Part shown: one piece after another, positions 7,074 through 16,032 of the stretch
Layout of the letters: the number at the start of each line of letters is the position of its first letter
Numbering within the stretch: position 1 is the stretch's first letter
Source of the DNA: an uncultured bacterium
Lineage (GTDB): Bacteria; Cyanobacteriota; Cyanobacteriia; Phormidesmidales; Phormidesmidaceae
Length of the DNA: 64,000 bases
Reading direction: 5' to 3'
Assembly: GCA_964590465.1 (NCBI GenBank)
Contig: CAZPYG010000008.1
Span: 15,418 to 79,417, forward strand
Program-made: the position numbers and the translations under genes
Notes under the pieces: model-generated
Told to the model about the DNA's origin: nothing
Database searches by the model: none
The model's input: the letters and a program-made list of their open reading frames with translations, nothing else

Positions 7074-9761
7074 ATGGACACTCAAACCCAATTCCGCTTC
7101 CGCAGGGATCTGACCGTAACCGTTAAGCCTGCAACAGTTCAAAGCGATGCTCCACGCTATCTGGTGCAAGAACCCAGGTCAGGAGCAACCTTTGAACTGG
7201 GGGAAGAAGAATTTTTTCTATGCCAGTCCTTAGATGGGGTACTGACTCCAGAAGATGTCATGGGTCGGTTTGGAGAGCGTTTCGGCGTCTCTATTACTCC
7301 TGAAGACTATCATCAGTTTCTGGTTCAGATGGATCAGATGGGGCTGTTGGAATCTGTCATGGAACGCCCGGCAGATCACGAAATTGCTCTAGGTCATGCC
7401 CCAGGCAAGGACCCTAAGCTTACAGAGCCTGGCTCAGGTAAGTTTGAGCTTCAAGCCGTTGAAGATTCCCCAGGGTTATATCTCCAGTCCGAGATTAATG
7501 ATCAAGATGATGAGTCTGCAAATGAGTCTAAGCGGGAAGACGATCCGTATCGATTTGCTTTACTCAAGCAGCCGGAACCCCTTTTCGACTTTTTACTGGC
7601 TCTTTGTCGCCCCTTTCGACCCCTGTTCTTACTGTGGACCTGGGCTTTATGGATAGGGGTGCCGATGGCTCTGTTTACCTATTTCAAAAATCAGGATCAA
7701 ATTTGGCAGGATATTGAGTCTCGTCCTGTTTTGACCTTCATTGAGGCGATGATCTTATCCCTATTAACCATCAACCTGTTGATTCGCAGTTCGAAGGGAA
7801 TCGTCAGCCGCTACTACGGCATCACATTAAACGAATTGGGCATCCGCCTGCGCTTTGGGTTTATTCCTCGCTGGTATATTGCCTCCCAGGGTGCCCAGCA
7901 GCTCAGCCGGGAAGACAGGTTATGGTTTTATGGAACCAGTTCTCTGTTGAGGCTATCGATCTTTGTAATTGGGGTGTTTACTTGGAGCTGGTTGAGGGGA
8001 TCGGGCACTCAACTGGCGGTCTGGTCCATCTCCTTTGCCAAAATTGCCCTATTCACCTTTATTATTCTTAGCCTGCCGATACTACCGCGGGACGGTTACC
8101 GCTGGTTTGTCACTTTCTTTAGGTTGCCCCCCAATCTTTGGCAGCAGGCGGCTCAGGTGGCAATTCGGGTTCTGCATCGTCGTCCTTTGCCAACGATTTC
8201 ACCCTGGCTATTGCTTTATGGCCTCGTACTGCTGCCAGTGTGGGTGATTATTATTGTCCGGGTTCTAATTCGCAATTCAATTCGGTTAGCTTCCAGCTTC
8301 CCTGATATTTTTGGTCGAGCAACCTTTTTCATCGTTTTTTGCTTAGCTTTCCTGTTGATTTTGCAGTGGTTATGGCCTCGGTTAAGCAAGCTCATCAAGC
8401 CAGATCAGGCTCGTCAGGCCCCCATGCCAAGGGGGAACGGTCGTTCCCTCAGTCCGACCAACGGACAGACGGCGATCCGGTTCACCGGGTCTAGGCTTTA
8501 TGCGGGGGTACCCGCGCCAACCCCCTGGTATCGACGCTGGCAACTTTGGTTCCTTCTGGTGATTCTGGGTGCGGTGCTATGCTTACCATTTCCCTATCGT
8601 CCTGGTGGCTTCATTCAACTCCTTCCTCCAGAGCAAATGGCAATGCAAGCCCCAATTTCTGGCCAAGTTACCAGAGTCTTTTTCAATGGTGGAGATGGGG
8701 CGCTAATTCCCGCTGGAACCGTTATTGCCACGATTACTTCCTCTGAGCTGGAAAATAACGTTCTGACCCTGCAAGAGCAAGTTAATCAAGCCAAGGCAAA
8801 TCTGGACAAACAGCAGGCCAACCTGAAACAGGTGTCGGCTAAACCCATCCCAGAAGCGGTAGAGGTGGCCAGAAGGCAACTTGAAGTGGCGAAACAGGAG
8901 GTCGCCGTAGCCCGTCAGCGGGTGCAAGAAGCCCAGGAACAGATCGCCATCTTTCAAAGCCAGCTGGAGTCTGCCATGGTTACGGCAGAGTACAGTGCCA
9001 ACGACGTTACCAGACTGGAAAGTTTGGTGAGCCAGGGAGCATTTTCCCAGCAGCAGCTTGAAGAGGCCAAAGAAAGAGCGGCCACCGCCCAGATCAAGGT
9101 CGACATTCAGCGCGGTGAACTATCTGCTGCCCAGCAGAACTTGGTTGAAAGTCAGCAGCAACTCATGACTCAGCAGCGGGTCTTGGAGGAAGAGGAAGCT
9201 CAGTTCCGGTTGGCTTCCACTGGCGCAACGGTCGATGAAATTGAGGCAGCCCGTCAAAATGTTGAAGCCGCCTCAGCCGAACTCAAACGCTTAGAGCAAG
9301 AATGGAAGTTCGCTCAGTCTCAGAATCAAAGTACTAATTTGTTCATGCCTCTGGATGGCAGTCTGGTGGACAGCTACCTCAACCGTAGGGTCGGGACTTA
9401 CATCAACAAAGGGGAAACCTTTGCCTTAGCCCAAAATAACCAAACCTTGTTGGGAGAAATGGAAATACCAGAATATGATTCAGGGGCTATTACTGTTGGT
9501 ACGCCTGCTTCAGTCAAGCTCCTGGCCTACCCTAACCAGCCGTTGACTGGAACAGTTATTTCGGTAGACCCAGTGACTTCAGAAGAAGATTTTGGTTTAG
9601 TCTTTAAAGCCCTTGTCCAATTCACTAACGCAGAAGGTAACCTGAAACCGGGGATGTCGGGCTATGGCAAAATTGATGCTGGTGAGCAACCCTTGATTAT
9701 TCTGCTAACTCGGCCTTTGGTACGATTCTTGCAGGTTGAATTTTGGTCCTGGTTACCCTAG
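7074..9761 (+). CDS. Fusion protein: N-terminal PqqD-like (RRE-like) domain, polytopic membrane region, C-terminal HlyD-family periplasmic adaptor
   Basis: 895-aa ORF. N-terminus 'FELGEEEFFLCQSLDGVLTPEDVMGRFGERFGVSITPEDYHQFLVQMDQMGLL' fits the PqqD pattern. Several hydrophobic helices lie between about residues 170 and 520. The C-terminus has 'APISGQVTRVFF', a long Q/E/A-rich coiled coil and a beta-barrel segment 'VKLLAYPNQPLTGTVISVDP', typical of HlyD adaptors. Confidence 0.7.
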   Translation: MDTQTQFRFRRDLTVTVKPATVQSDAPRYLVQEPRSGATFELGEEEFFLCQSLDGVLTPEDVMGRFGERFGVSITPEDYHQFLVQMDQMGLLESVMERPADHEIALGHAPGKDPKLTEPGSGKFELQAVEDSPGLYLQSEINDQDDESANESKREDDPYRFALLKQPEPLFDFLLALCRPFRPLFLLWTWALWIGVPMALFTYFKNQDQIWQDIESRPVLTFIEAMILSLLTINLLIRSSKGIVSRYYGITLNELGIRLRFGFIPRWYIASQGAQQLSREDRLWFYGTSSLLRLSIFVIGVFTWSWLRGSGTQLAVWSISFAKIALFTFIILSLPILPRDGYRWFVTFFRLPPNLWQQAAQVAIRVLHRRPLPTISPWLLLYGLVLLPVWVIIIVRVLIRNSIRLASSFPDIFGRATFFIVFCLAFLLILQWLWPRLSKLIKPDQARQAPMPRGNGRSLSPTNGQTAIRFTGSRLYAGVPAPTPWYRRWQLWFLLVILGAVLCLPFPYRPGGFIQLLPPEQMAMQAPISGQVTRVFFNGGDGALIPAGTVIATITSSELENNVLTLQEQVNQAKANLDKQQANLKQVSAKPIPEAVEVARRQLEVAKQEVAVARQRVQEAQEQIAIFQSQLESAMVTAEYSANDVTRLESLVSQGAFSQQQLEEAKERAATAQIKVDIQRGELSAAQQNLVESQQQLMTQQRVLEEEEAQFRLASTGATVDEIEAARQNVEAASAELKRLEQEWKFAQSQNQSTNLFMPLDGSLVDSYLNRRVGTYINKGETFALAQNNQTLLGEMEIPEYDSGAITVGTPASVKLLAYPNQPLTGTVISVDPVTSEEDFGLVFKALVQFTNAEGNLKPGMSGYGKIDAGEQPLIILLTRPLVRFLQVEFWSWLP

Positions 9762-9810
9762 GAAGGAGCATCAATCAAGACCAATTTTTGTGGTCAGGCA
9801 AGGTGCCGAC

Positions 9811-10728
9811 CTATTGATAGCCAAGCTGCTGAGCCAACTCAATGACTTCGGGAAACAACCCTTTACCATCCCATCGCCAAGGTAGGTCACACTCGGCTAA
9901 GGGCTCTAAAGGAATAGGACGTTGCCGAAAAGCTGGGGAGGTTTGATACCCTGGATTATTGCCCCATTGGGCTCCGTAAGGTCCCATATAAGCATAGGAA
10001 GATTCTTCTGTTCTCAGCATGATTTGGTAAATTTCCTGGCTCCAGGGCAGGTTTAGCCAATGGCAGATTCGCTCTAGATACTGTTCCGGGAAGTTAAGAA
10101 TATCTTCCCCTCGCAGGCACATCTGCTTTTCTGGAGGAACTGTATCAAGAAAGTCGAGAATTCGCTTTTGCTTGTCGAACCAGGCAAACTGAGGGTCCAG
10201 GGTTGCAGGTTGGGTAGAATAATCAACGGCCTTTAGCCCAATCATGGCACTCATGGCGGTTGGGATCTTTAACCAGGAACGGCCTTGAGTCTGAGGATGC
10301 CTGAGTAAGTGTAAGTAGTGGGCATCAGGGAAAGTATTACGGATTCTTTCCAGGATTTCAGGCTGATCGGCGCTGGAATATAAAGGGCTCTTATCGATGA
10401 TGCGCAACGGTGCAACTTGCTCACACAATTCCAGATAAATTTCACTAGTCGATTTTTGCCAGCGCTTGAATATCCAGCGGCGGGCCATATCAACGGTTTC
10501 CTTAGTTTGTTCTCCACCGTAAAGTTGAGCCACGGTTCGTAACAGCCCATGCAACAGGATTTGGCGTGGGCCCTTCATATAAAAAAACAATTCTTCGAGG
10601 GTTTCCTGGGCAAAGAGATTGATCTCGGGAACACTATAGGCCCCCGGATGCTGCCCTACCATGCCACATACAATCGATGTAAATGAAAAAGGAGACGCGA
10701 GAACGAAAACCGGAGAAGCAATGGTCAC
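9811..10728 (-). CDS. Sulfotransferase-family protein (paralog 1, divergent PAPS loop)
   Basis: 305 aa. Alignable over its full length with the ORFs at 15089 and 16033 ('YLHLLRHPQTQGRSW' vs 'YLHLTRHPVSSSKSM'; 'CLRGEDIL' vs 'MRIRGEDVL'; all three end in GYQ). The N-terminal loop is 'SPFSFTSIV' instead of 'SPPRSFSSVV'. Confidence 0.55.
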   Translation of the reverse strand: MTIASPVFVLASPFSFTSIVCGMVGQHPGAYSVPEINLFAQETLEELFFYMKGPRQILLHGLLRTVAQLYGGEQTKETVDMARRWIFKRWQKSTSEIYLELCEQVAPLRIIDKSPLYSSADQPEILERIRNTFPDAHYLHLLRHPQTQGRSWLKIPTAMSAMIGLKAVDYSTQPATLDPQFAWFDKQKRILDFLDTVPPEKQMCLRGEDILNFPEQYLERICHWLNLPWSQEIYQIMLRTEESSYAYMGPYGAQWGNNPGYQTSPAFRQRPIPLEPLAECDLPWRWDGKGLFPEVIELAQQLGYQ

Positions 10729-10882
10729 GACCTTGACGACCTTAAAGTGTGCTTTAGTATCCTTTATAATACCGACATCTGAACGGGATGAGGGAAAACT
10801 AAAAGGAAAATATTTCTGCCGATTCTTGCCTAGAGATTGAAACCTCCAGCGGTGGGGAAATATCGAATATTACCAATAACCC

Positions 10883-11902
10883 ATGTCCAAAAAAAACATT
10901 CTAAAAAGCATCCGCCAGCTGAGGCAAGGATTGAAGTCCTGGTTTTCGGGTTCAACTTCTCCCCCTGCAGGACCTCCAGATTCAATGGTCCGTGAGCTTT
11001 CCGTTACCAGTATTCAGCAACCCGGATTGAGGGTCTATGATATTTCTCCCCAATCCACCGATAGAGCTATAGATGACTGGCTGGATCCTCACTATGCAGG
11101 GGTTAACCTGTCGGAGGCTACTCTGGGACGTCTATTCCTTTTTCTGCCCGGTTCTTACGGCCAGGCTAAGGGGCAACGGCTAATCCTGCAGGAGGCCCTG
11201 GGAATGGGCTACCACGTCATTAGTTTGAGTTATCCCAATTCGTGGACGGTTCATGACCTATGTCGACGCAGCCCTGATCCTGACTGTCATGGCCAAATTC
11301 GCCGAGCCATTTTACAGGGTGCGCCCCTCGCCGACGGAGTTTCCATTAGTAAAGCCAACTGCATTGAAAATAGAATTACCAAGCTGCTGCACTATCTAGC
11401 TATCAACTTTGCCAGCGAGGGGTGGGCAACCTTTCTCCAAGATGATCAACCCCGATGGGATCAGATCGTTGTAGCAGGGCACTCCCAAGGAGGGGGGCAC
11501 GCCGCTATGGTGGCCATGTACTACGAAGTGGCCAGGGTGTTGATGTTGGCGGCTCCCACCGATTTTAGTCATTCCCTAGCGGCTCCCGCTCCCTGGATTA
11601 CCCAACCCCGGGCAACCCCTGCAGAACGCTACTTTGGGTTTAGCCATAGGCAAGATCCTGGATTTAGGCGTCTGAAAGCCACCTGGCAGCAGTTAGGATT
11701 ATCCGAGTTTGGCCCCCCGGTTGATATTGACACCCAGCGACCGCCGTTCAGCGGTTCCCATCAGTTAGTGACCAACGCTGTTCCGGGACGTCCCAATAAG
11801 TATCATGGCAGTATCGTGGTGGACCCATGTTTGCCAAAAGCTGAATCGGCCCGAAAACGGTTGCGGGGGGCATGGCAGTATCTGCTTGGGAGCAGCGATT
11901 AA
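10883..11902 (+). CDS. Alpha/beta-hydrolase-fold protein (GHSQGG nucleophile elbow), cytoplasmic paralog
   Basis: 339 aa with no signal peptide. 'VVAGHSQGGGHAAMVA'. Paralog of the C-terminal half of the ORF at 19279..20718 ('LFLFLPGS'/'LLVFLPGT', 'GYHVISLSYPNS'/'GYHAIGLAYPNS', 'HGSIVVDP'/'HGSVVVDP'). Confidence 0.6.
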   Translation: MSKKNILKSIRQLRQGLKSWFSGSTSPPAGPPDSMVRELSVTSIQQPGLRVYDISPQSTDRAIDDWLDPHYAGVNLSEATLGRLFLFLPGSYGQAKGQRLILQEALGMGYHVISLSYPNSWTVHDLCRRSPDPDCHGQIRRAILQGAPLADGVSISKANCIENRITKLLHYLAINFASEGWATFLQDDQPRWDQIVVAGHSQGGGHAAMVAMYYEVARVLMLAAPTDFSHSLAAPAPWITQPRATPAERYFGFSHRQDPGFRRLKATWQQLGLSEFGPPVDIDTQRPPFSGSHQLVTNAVPGRPNKYHGSIVVDPCLPKAESARKRLRGAWQYLLGSSD

Positions 11903-11914
11903 AGGCTAGAAGAA

Positions 11915-12199
11915 TCAAGCGTCAAATGGCTCACTAATCATAAATTCCCAGCCTTGATCTAGTAGGGCATCCGCCTCAAAAAGGGGGAAGTCTGGGGCAC
12001 TTTCACTTAAACTCGATTCGAATACTGTTTCCCTAGCCTCAATTTGCTCCCAAAACTCATCCGTATTTTCCACATTCTTTAAATACAAATTAAGAAGTTC
12101 TGATTCCTCTTCATCCAAAGCGATTCCTTGCTGATGACGATTCAACAAGGTTTCTAGATATTCCAGTAAGATGTCAAAACCATTGGTATCAAAATCCAT
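11915..12199 (-). CDS. Small, very acidic hypothetical protein (94 aa)
   Basis: ORF track only. It is rich in D/E and has no recognisable motif. It fills the gap between the flanking genes. Confidence 0.4.
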   Translation of the reverse strand: MDFDTNGFDILLEYLETLLNRHQQGIALDEEESELLNLYLKNVENTDEFWEQIEARETVFESSLSESAPDFPLFEADALLDQGWEFMISEPFDA

Positions 12200-12391
12200 A
12201 GTCTGCCCAAATATCGACGGAAGTTAAGGATAAATGCCGATAATCATGTTAGCATTGCTAACATTCTTTCCCCATAAGATTGAGATTTCATATCCTGGGA
12301 ATAATTTAAGTTTTGTTATTCTATTATGTCAGTTTTGATACTATTCGCTGATCTTTAGATGCTTGGCAGAGATAGCTAGCTTCACAACACA

Positions 12392-13918
12392 ATGACCATG
12401 CAAACCTACAATCCGGAACCCCAACCGGGATTCCGTGCCTCAGACTTCCGCAAAGTTAATGAAAACGGCTTCGGTGACCGTTACAACGCCTATGCTTATA
12501 GTTCTGCCTGGTTTAAGGACCACCTTTACATTGGGACCGGTCGGGCAAATCTCTGTCTGCTGAAATTTGCCATGCCCTTCATCAAGATGGACGTCTGGCC
12601 AGTGGATTGCCCCCATCGGAACTATACCCCTGAATTTGAGCATAGGGCTGCGCGGGGTGAGATCTGGCGTTACAGTCCGTTAACGGATCTCTGGGAACGC
12701 GTTTACCAATCCCCCCTTGTCGAGGATGAAGACGGCACGGTATACAGTCGGGATCTGGGGTATCGCTCCATGATCGTCTACCAGGGCGATTCTGACCCTG
12801 AACCGGCCCTATATGCTGCGGCCTGGGGGCGTTCTCGCAGCACCGGGCTGGAGATTTTACGCTCTGTCGATGGGGTACATTTCGAGCCCATACCCAAACC
12901 CCGATTCCAGAGTGCCGGTGGAGATTTATTGCCCATTACCGCCATTCGGGTGTTTATTCCCTTCAAGGGGAAGCTTTACACAGCCCCCACAGGAACCGCT
13001 CGTAGTAGCGTCAATGCTGCTCTGAGTTCGTTAATTTATGAAACGAGTGACCCCGCCTCAGGGCAATGGCAGTCGATCAATGATCCTGGCTTTGGTCCTC
13101 CCATCGATATTAAAACGATTCAGGCGGGCAAGGTCGAAGTTGCCGTGGTTTACGATATGGCAGCTTTTGGAGATTATTTATATGCCGGAACAGCCGGGGA
13201 CTTTGGCTTCCAATTGTGGCGCAGTCGGTGCGAGGGAGACCGCGCCTATGAATGGGAACAGGTTTTGGCGGGTGGGGCCGGACGAGGGGGGTTGAACCAG
13301 GGACCGGTGTCCATGCAGGTGTTCCAGGATGCCCTGTACATCGGTACAGGCATTCAAAACGGCGGGTACGACCGGCGTGCTAAGCTCGGTCCAGCGGCCG
13401 CTGAAATCATTCGAGTTTACCCAGACAACTCCTGGGATATTGTGGTGGGCAATCCGCGAGACGGTAAAGCTCCTATCAGCTCTCTGAATGCTGGGTTTGG
13501 CCACTACTTTTGTGGATACATTTGGCGTATGGCTATCCATGATGGCTGGCTGTACGCAGGCACTATGGATTGGACCATCATTCTGCGCTATAGCAATCTT
13601 AAGGAAAAGCCTTTACGCATTTCTAAACTCATGGCGGGGGCCGGGTTAGACGATTACATCAATTTATACGGGGGATTCGATCTGTGGCGCACCAAGGATG
13701 GCGAAAACTGGGTTCAGGTCACCCATACTGGCTTTCATAATCCCTATAACTATGGCTGCCGCGGTATTATCTCCACGCCCCATGGCTTATTTGTTGCCTC
13801 TGCTAATCCCTTCGGGCCTAAGGTAGCAACCCAGCCCGACCGACAAAAATGGGAATGGGTCTATGAAGACAACCCAGCAGGCGGATTAGAAGTTTGGTTC
13901 GCTGCACAAAAAGAATAA
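12392..13918 (+). CDS. Beta-propeller-like repeat protein, hypothetical (paralog A)
   Basis: 508 aa. A motif recurs about every 50-70 aa: 'HLYIGTG', 'KLYTAPTG', 'YLYAGTAG', 'ALYIGTG', 'WLYAGTM', 'GLFVASAN'. Paralog of 17127..18491 ('FGFQLWRS..YEWEQVL' vs 'QGFQLWKT..YSWELVL'; 'IRVYPDNSWDIVVG' vs 'YRIYPDNQWDLIVG'). Confidence 0.6.
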   Translation: MTMQTYNPEPQPGFRASDFRKVNENGFGDRYNAYAYSSAWFKDHLYIGTGRANLCLLKFAMPFIKMDVWPVDCPHRNYTPEFEHRAARGEIWRYSPLTDLWERVYQSPLVEDEDGTVYSRDLGYRSMIVYQGDSDPEPALYAAAWGRSRSTGLEILRSVDGVHFEPIPKPRFQSAGGDLLPITAIRVFIPFKGKLYTAPTGTARSSVNAALSSLIYETSDPASGQWQSINDPGFGPPIDIKTIQAGKVEVAVVYDMAAFGDYLYAGTAGDFGFQLWRSRCEGDRAYEWEQVLAGGAGRGGLNQGPVSMQVFQDALYIGTGIQNGGYDRRAKLGPAAAEIIRVYPDNSWDIVVGNPRDGKAPISSLNAGFGHYFCGYIWRMAIHDGWLYAGTMDWTIILRYSNLKEKPLRISKLMAGAGLDDYINLYGGFDLWRTKDGENWVQVTHTGFHNPYNYGCRGIISTPHGLFVASANPFGPKVATQPDRQKWEWVYEDNPAGGLEVWFAAQKE

Positions 13919-13944
13919 ATCCGGGATGTCCTAGGGTTAGAAAC

Positions 13945-15075
13945 CTAGGCAACCGGTTCAGGGGCAAACCCCAGGGCCTCCATATAGGCCTGGTGGTACT
14001 CATAAACCTGTTGTTCAGCCTGACTAAAAATGCCGCCGCGATAGTTGTTGTCCGTAAGACTGTTGAGCCCTAGTTGGACCTGTTGACAAATATCAAAATC
14101 TTCTTCTGTTACGACCCGAGGGAAACCCAATAATTCAGGAGCAAGGAGGCCACATTCCTGCAGTTTTTGCTCTTGCTCTGGGCTCATCTTGCATAAATAG
14201 ACGTAGTTTTTGACTAAGGTTTCTTGGGGCCCGATGGGATGAACCGTAGAAACCGTTAAGATAACCCCCTGGGAAGTCCAAAATACCAGGGAGGGAAACA
14301 CAACATAGTGGTGATACCGGTTGCTTTGAAAGTCGCGGTCAGCAAGAATATCGACGAGGTGCAAAATAGCCTTACCGGCTTTGACGGGTTTTGCATGGTA
14401 ATGAAAATGAGGGGAATCCGACAGGAAAACTTCGTCCTCTACGGCGGCGTACTTGCCAAAGGTTTTTCCATGGACCGTTAACAGGTGATAACCCTCCAGA
14501 GTGTTCTCAACAAACAACTTCCAGTTGGCCTGTATTACTTTTTCAAAGAAGTCTACCTGTTTACCCATGGCTGCTGAAAATTCCAGAATCAGCTCATAGG
14601 TTTTGCCCAGATAGTCTTTCAGACCTGGACCCTGATCATCGCGCTTAATGAATACCCAAGTTCCACATTGATCCACTTGCCAGGCTTCCAACTGCAGATT
14701 GCCCTTTTCCGCTTCGGTTAAATGGTCAAATTCTGCCTGTCGCAACACATTGATAGGAACACCTTCGCTATTGAATTTCCAGCCATGGTAAGGGCACTGC
14801 AGGGGACCATTGCCTTTATCACCCCGCTGAATTCGGGTAAAACGGTGGGTACATACATTCTGGAAGGCGCGCAGTTGGCCGTTAAAGTTTTGAACTACGA
14901 CCGTTTGCCCGCCCACATCAGCACAGATGTAGTCGTTGTGGTTCTGCAAATTATCAACCGTGCCGATAAACGTCCAGTTTTTCTGCCACAGCTTTTGTTC
15001 CTTAGCAAAAATATCGGGGTCGGTATAGAAAGAGGGAGGAATCAGAGGCTTCATAACTATTCTCCACAGTGACAA
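13945..15075 (-). CDS. Rieske [2Fe-2S] non-heme iron oxygenase, alpha-subunit type
   Basis: 376 aa. Rieske motif 'CTHRFTRI...CPYHGWKF'. Mononuclear-iron region 'ANWKLFVENTLEGYHLLTVH'. Confidence 0.85.
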   Translation of the reverse strand: MSLWRIVMKPLIPPSFYTDPDIFAKEQKLWQKNWTFIGTVDNLQNHNDYICADVGGQTVVVQNFNGQLRAFQNVCTHRFTRIQRGDKGNGPLQCPYHGWKFNSEGVPINVLRQAEFDHLTEAEKGNLQLEAWQVDQCGTWVFIKRDDQGPGLKDYLGKTYELILEFSAAMGKQVDFFEKVIQANWKLFVENTLEGYHLLTVHGKTFGKYAAVEDEVFLSDSPHFHYHAKPVKAGKAILHLVDILADRDFQSNRYHHYVVFPSLVFWTSQGVILTVSTVHPIGPQETLVKNYVYLCKMSPEQEQKLQECGLLAPELLGFPRVVTEEDFDICQQVQLGLNSLTDNNYRGGIFSQAEQQVYEYHQAYMEALGFAPEPVA

Positions 15076-15088
15076 TATGGGGCCAGCG

Positions 15089-16021
15089 CTATTGATACCC
15101 CATCAGGTTGGCCAGGTGCATGACTTCTTCCGTGAGCTGCTTCTCTGAGGTCAACTCTAACCCAGCATTACTGAATCGTTCCCTGGCATCTTCTTTAACC
15201 CATATGACCCCTTCTTGTTCAACGTAGTCTGCGAAACTGGGTTCCTTCACTTTGCCCTGGCGCAATCGAGGATTTTCACAAAACTTTTTGTCGTTACCTC
15301 CGGGGGCCGGGTCTGGTCCAACGAAAGCATAGGGAGAATTTTCAGGATGTTTCATGGCCTCAATCGCCTGGGCATCGGTGCGCAGGCCCATCCACTCGGC
15401 AATTTGGGGTAAAAATATATCCGGTTCAGACAAGACATCTTCTCCCCGAATCCGCATGGTTTGCCCCGTGGGTAATTTTCGGGTGAAATTTAATATATTG
15501 GCGTGGGTTTTGTACCAAAGCAAAATATAGTTCTTGCCACCTTCCAGTTGCCACAAATCCTCAAAAAACTCACGCATGGACTTAGAGCTAGACACGGGGT
15601 GACGGGTCAGGTGAAGGTAATAGGCATTGGGAAACTGAGCATAGGCTCTTTCCAAAAATAAGTCCCGAGTGGCGGTTTCGGGACTCTTTTCTACCCCAAT
15701 TAAGGGATTGATTTCAGCTAAAAGATAGTCGTAGAGTTTCTTGGTAGGCCAGTCTCGCCTTTCCTGCAGCCAAGCAATGGCCTTGAGAATGGTTCCGGTT
15801 GTTTGCACTCCATCGTGAATCTGGGCCAAAGCCCGGACGACTCCATAGGGGCCAAAACGAACCCGCATCCCCCTTTGATGGGCAATGACTTCTTCGACCG
15901 TATCCCCATTAAACAAATGCAGTTCTGGGAAACAGTACAATTCAGGATGTTCCCCAATCATTGTGGATACGACCGACGAAAATGAACGGGGCGGGGAGAG
16001 AATGATCAGCAGTTCTGGCAT
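15089..16021 (-). CDS. Sulfotransferase-family protein (paralog 2)
   Basis: 310 aa. 'LSPPRSFSSVVSTMIGEHP' (5'-phosphosulfate loop-like) and 'YLHLTRHPVSSSKSM' (3'-phosphate motif-like, R-x7-S). Tandem with paralog 3 across an 11-nt gap. Confidence 0.65.
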   Translation of the reverse strand: MPELLIILSPPRSFSSVVSTMIGEHPELYCFPELHLFNGDTVEEVIAHQRGMRVRFGPYGVVRALAQIHDGVQTTGTILKAIAWLQERRDWPTKKLYDYLLAEINPLIGVEKSPETATRDLFLERAYAQFPNAYYLHLTRHPVSSSKSMREFFEDLWQLEGGKNYILLWYKTHANILNFTRKLPTGQTMRIRGEDVLSEPDIFLPQIAEWMGLRTDAQAIEAMKHPENSPYAFVGPDPAPGGNDKKFCENPRLRQGKVKEPSFADYVEQEGVIWVKEDARERFSNAGLELTSEKQLTEEVMHLANLMGYQ

Positions 16022-16032
16022 AATCCTATGCT

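Noticed and set aside
7380-7400. 'HEIALGH' in the HlyD-fusion protein as a possible M50 zinc-protease active site
   Set aside because: The spacing is HExxxxH, not HExxH. It also lies in the soluble acidic linker, before the membrane helices. No HExxH motif is present in the membrane region.
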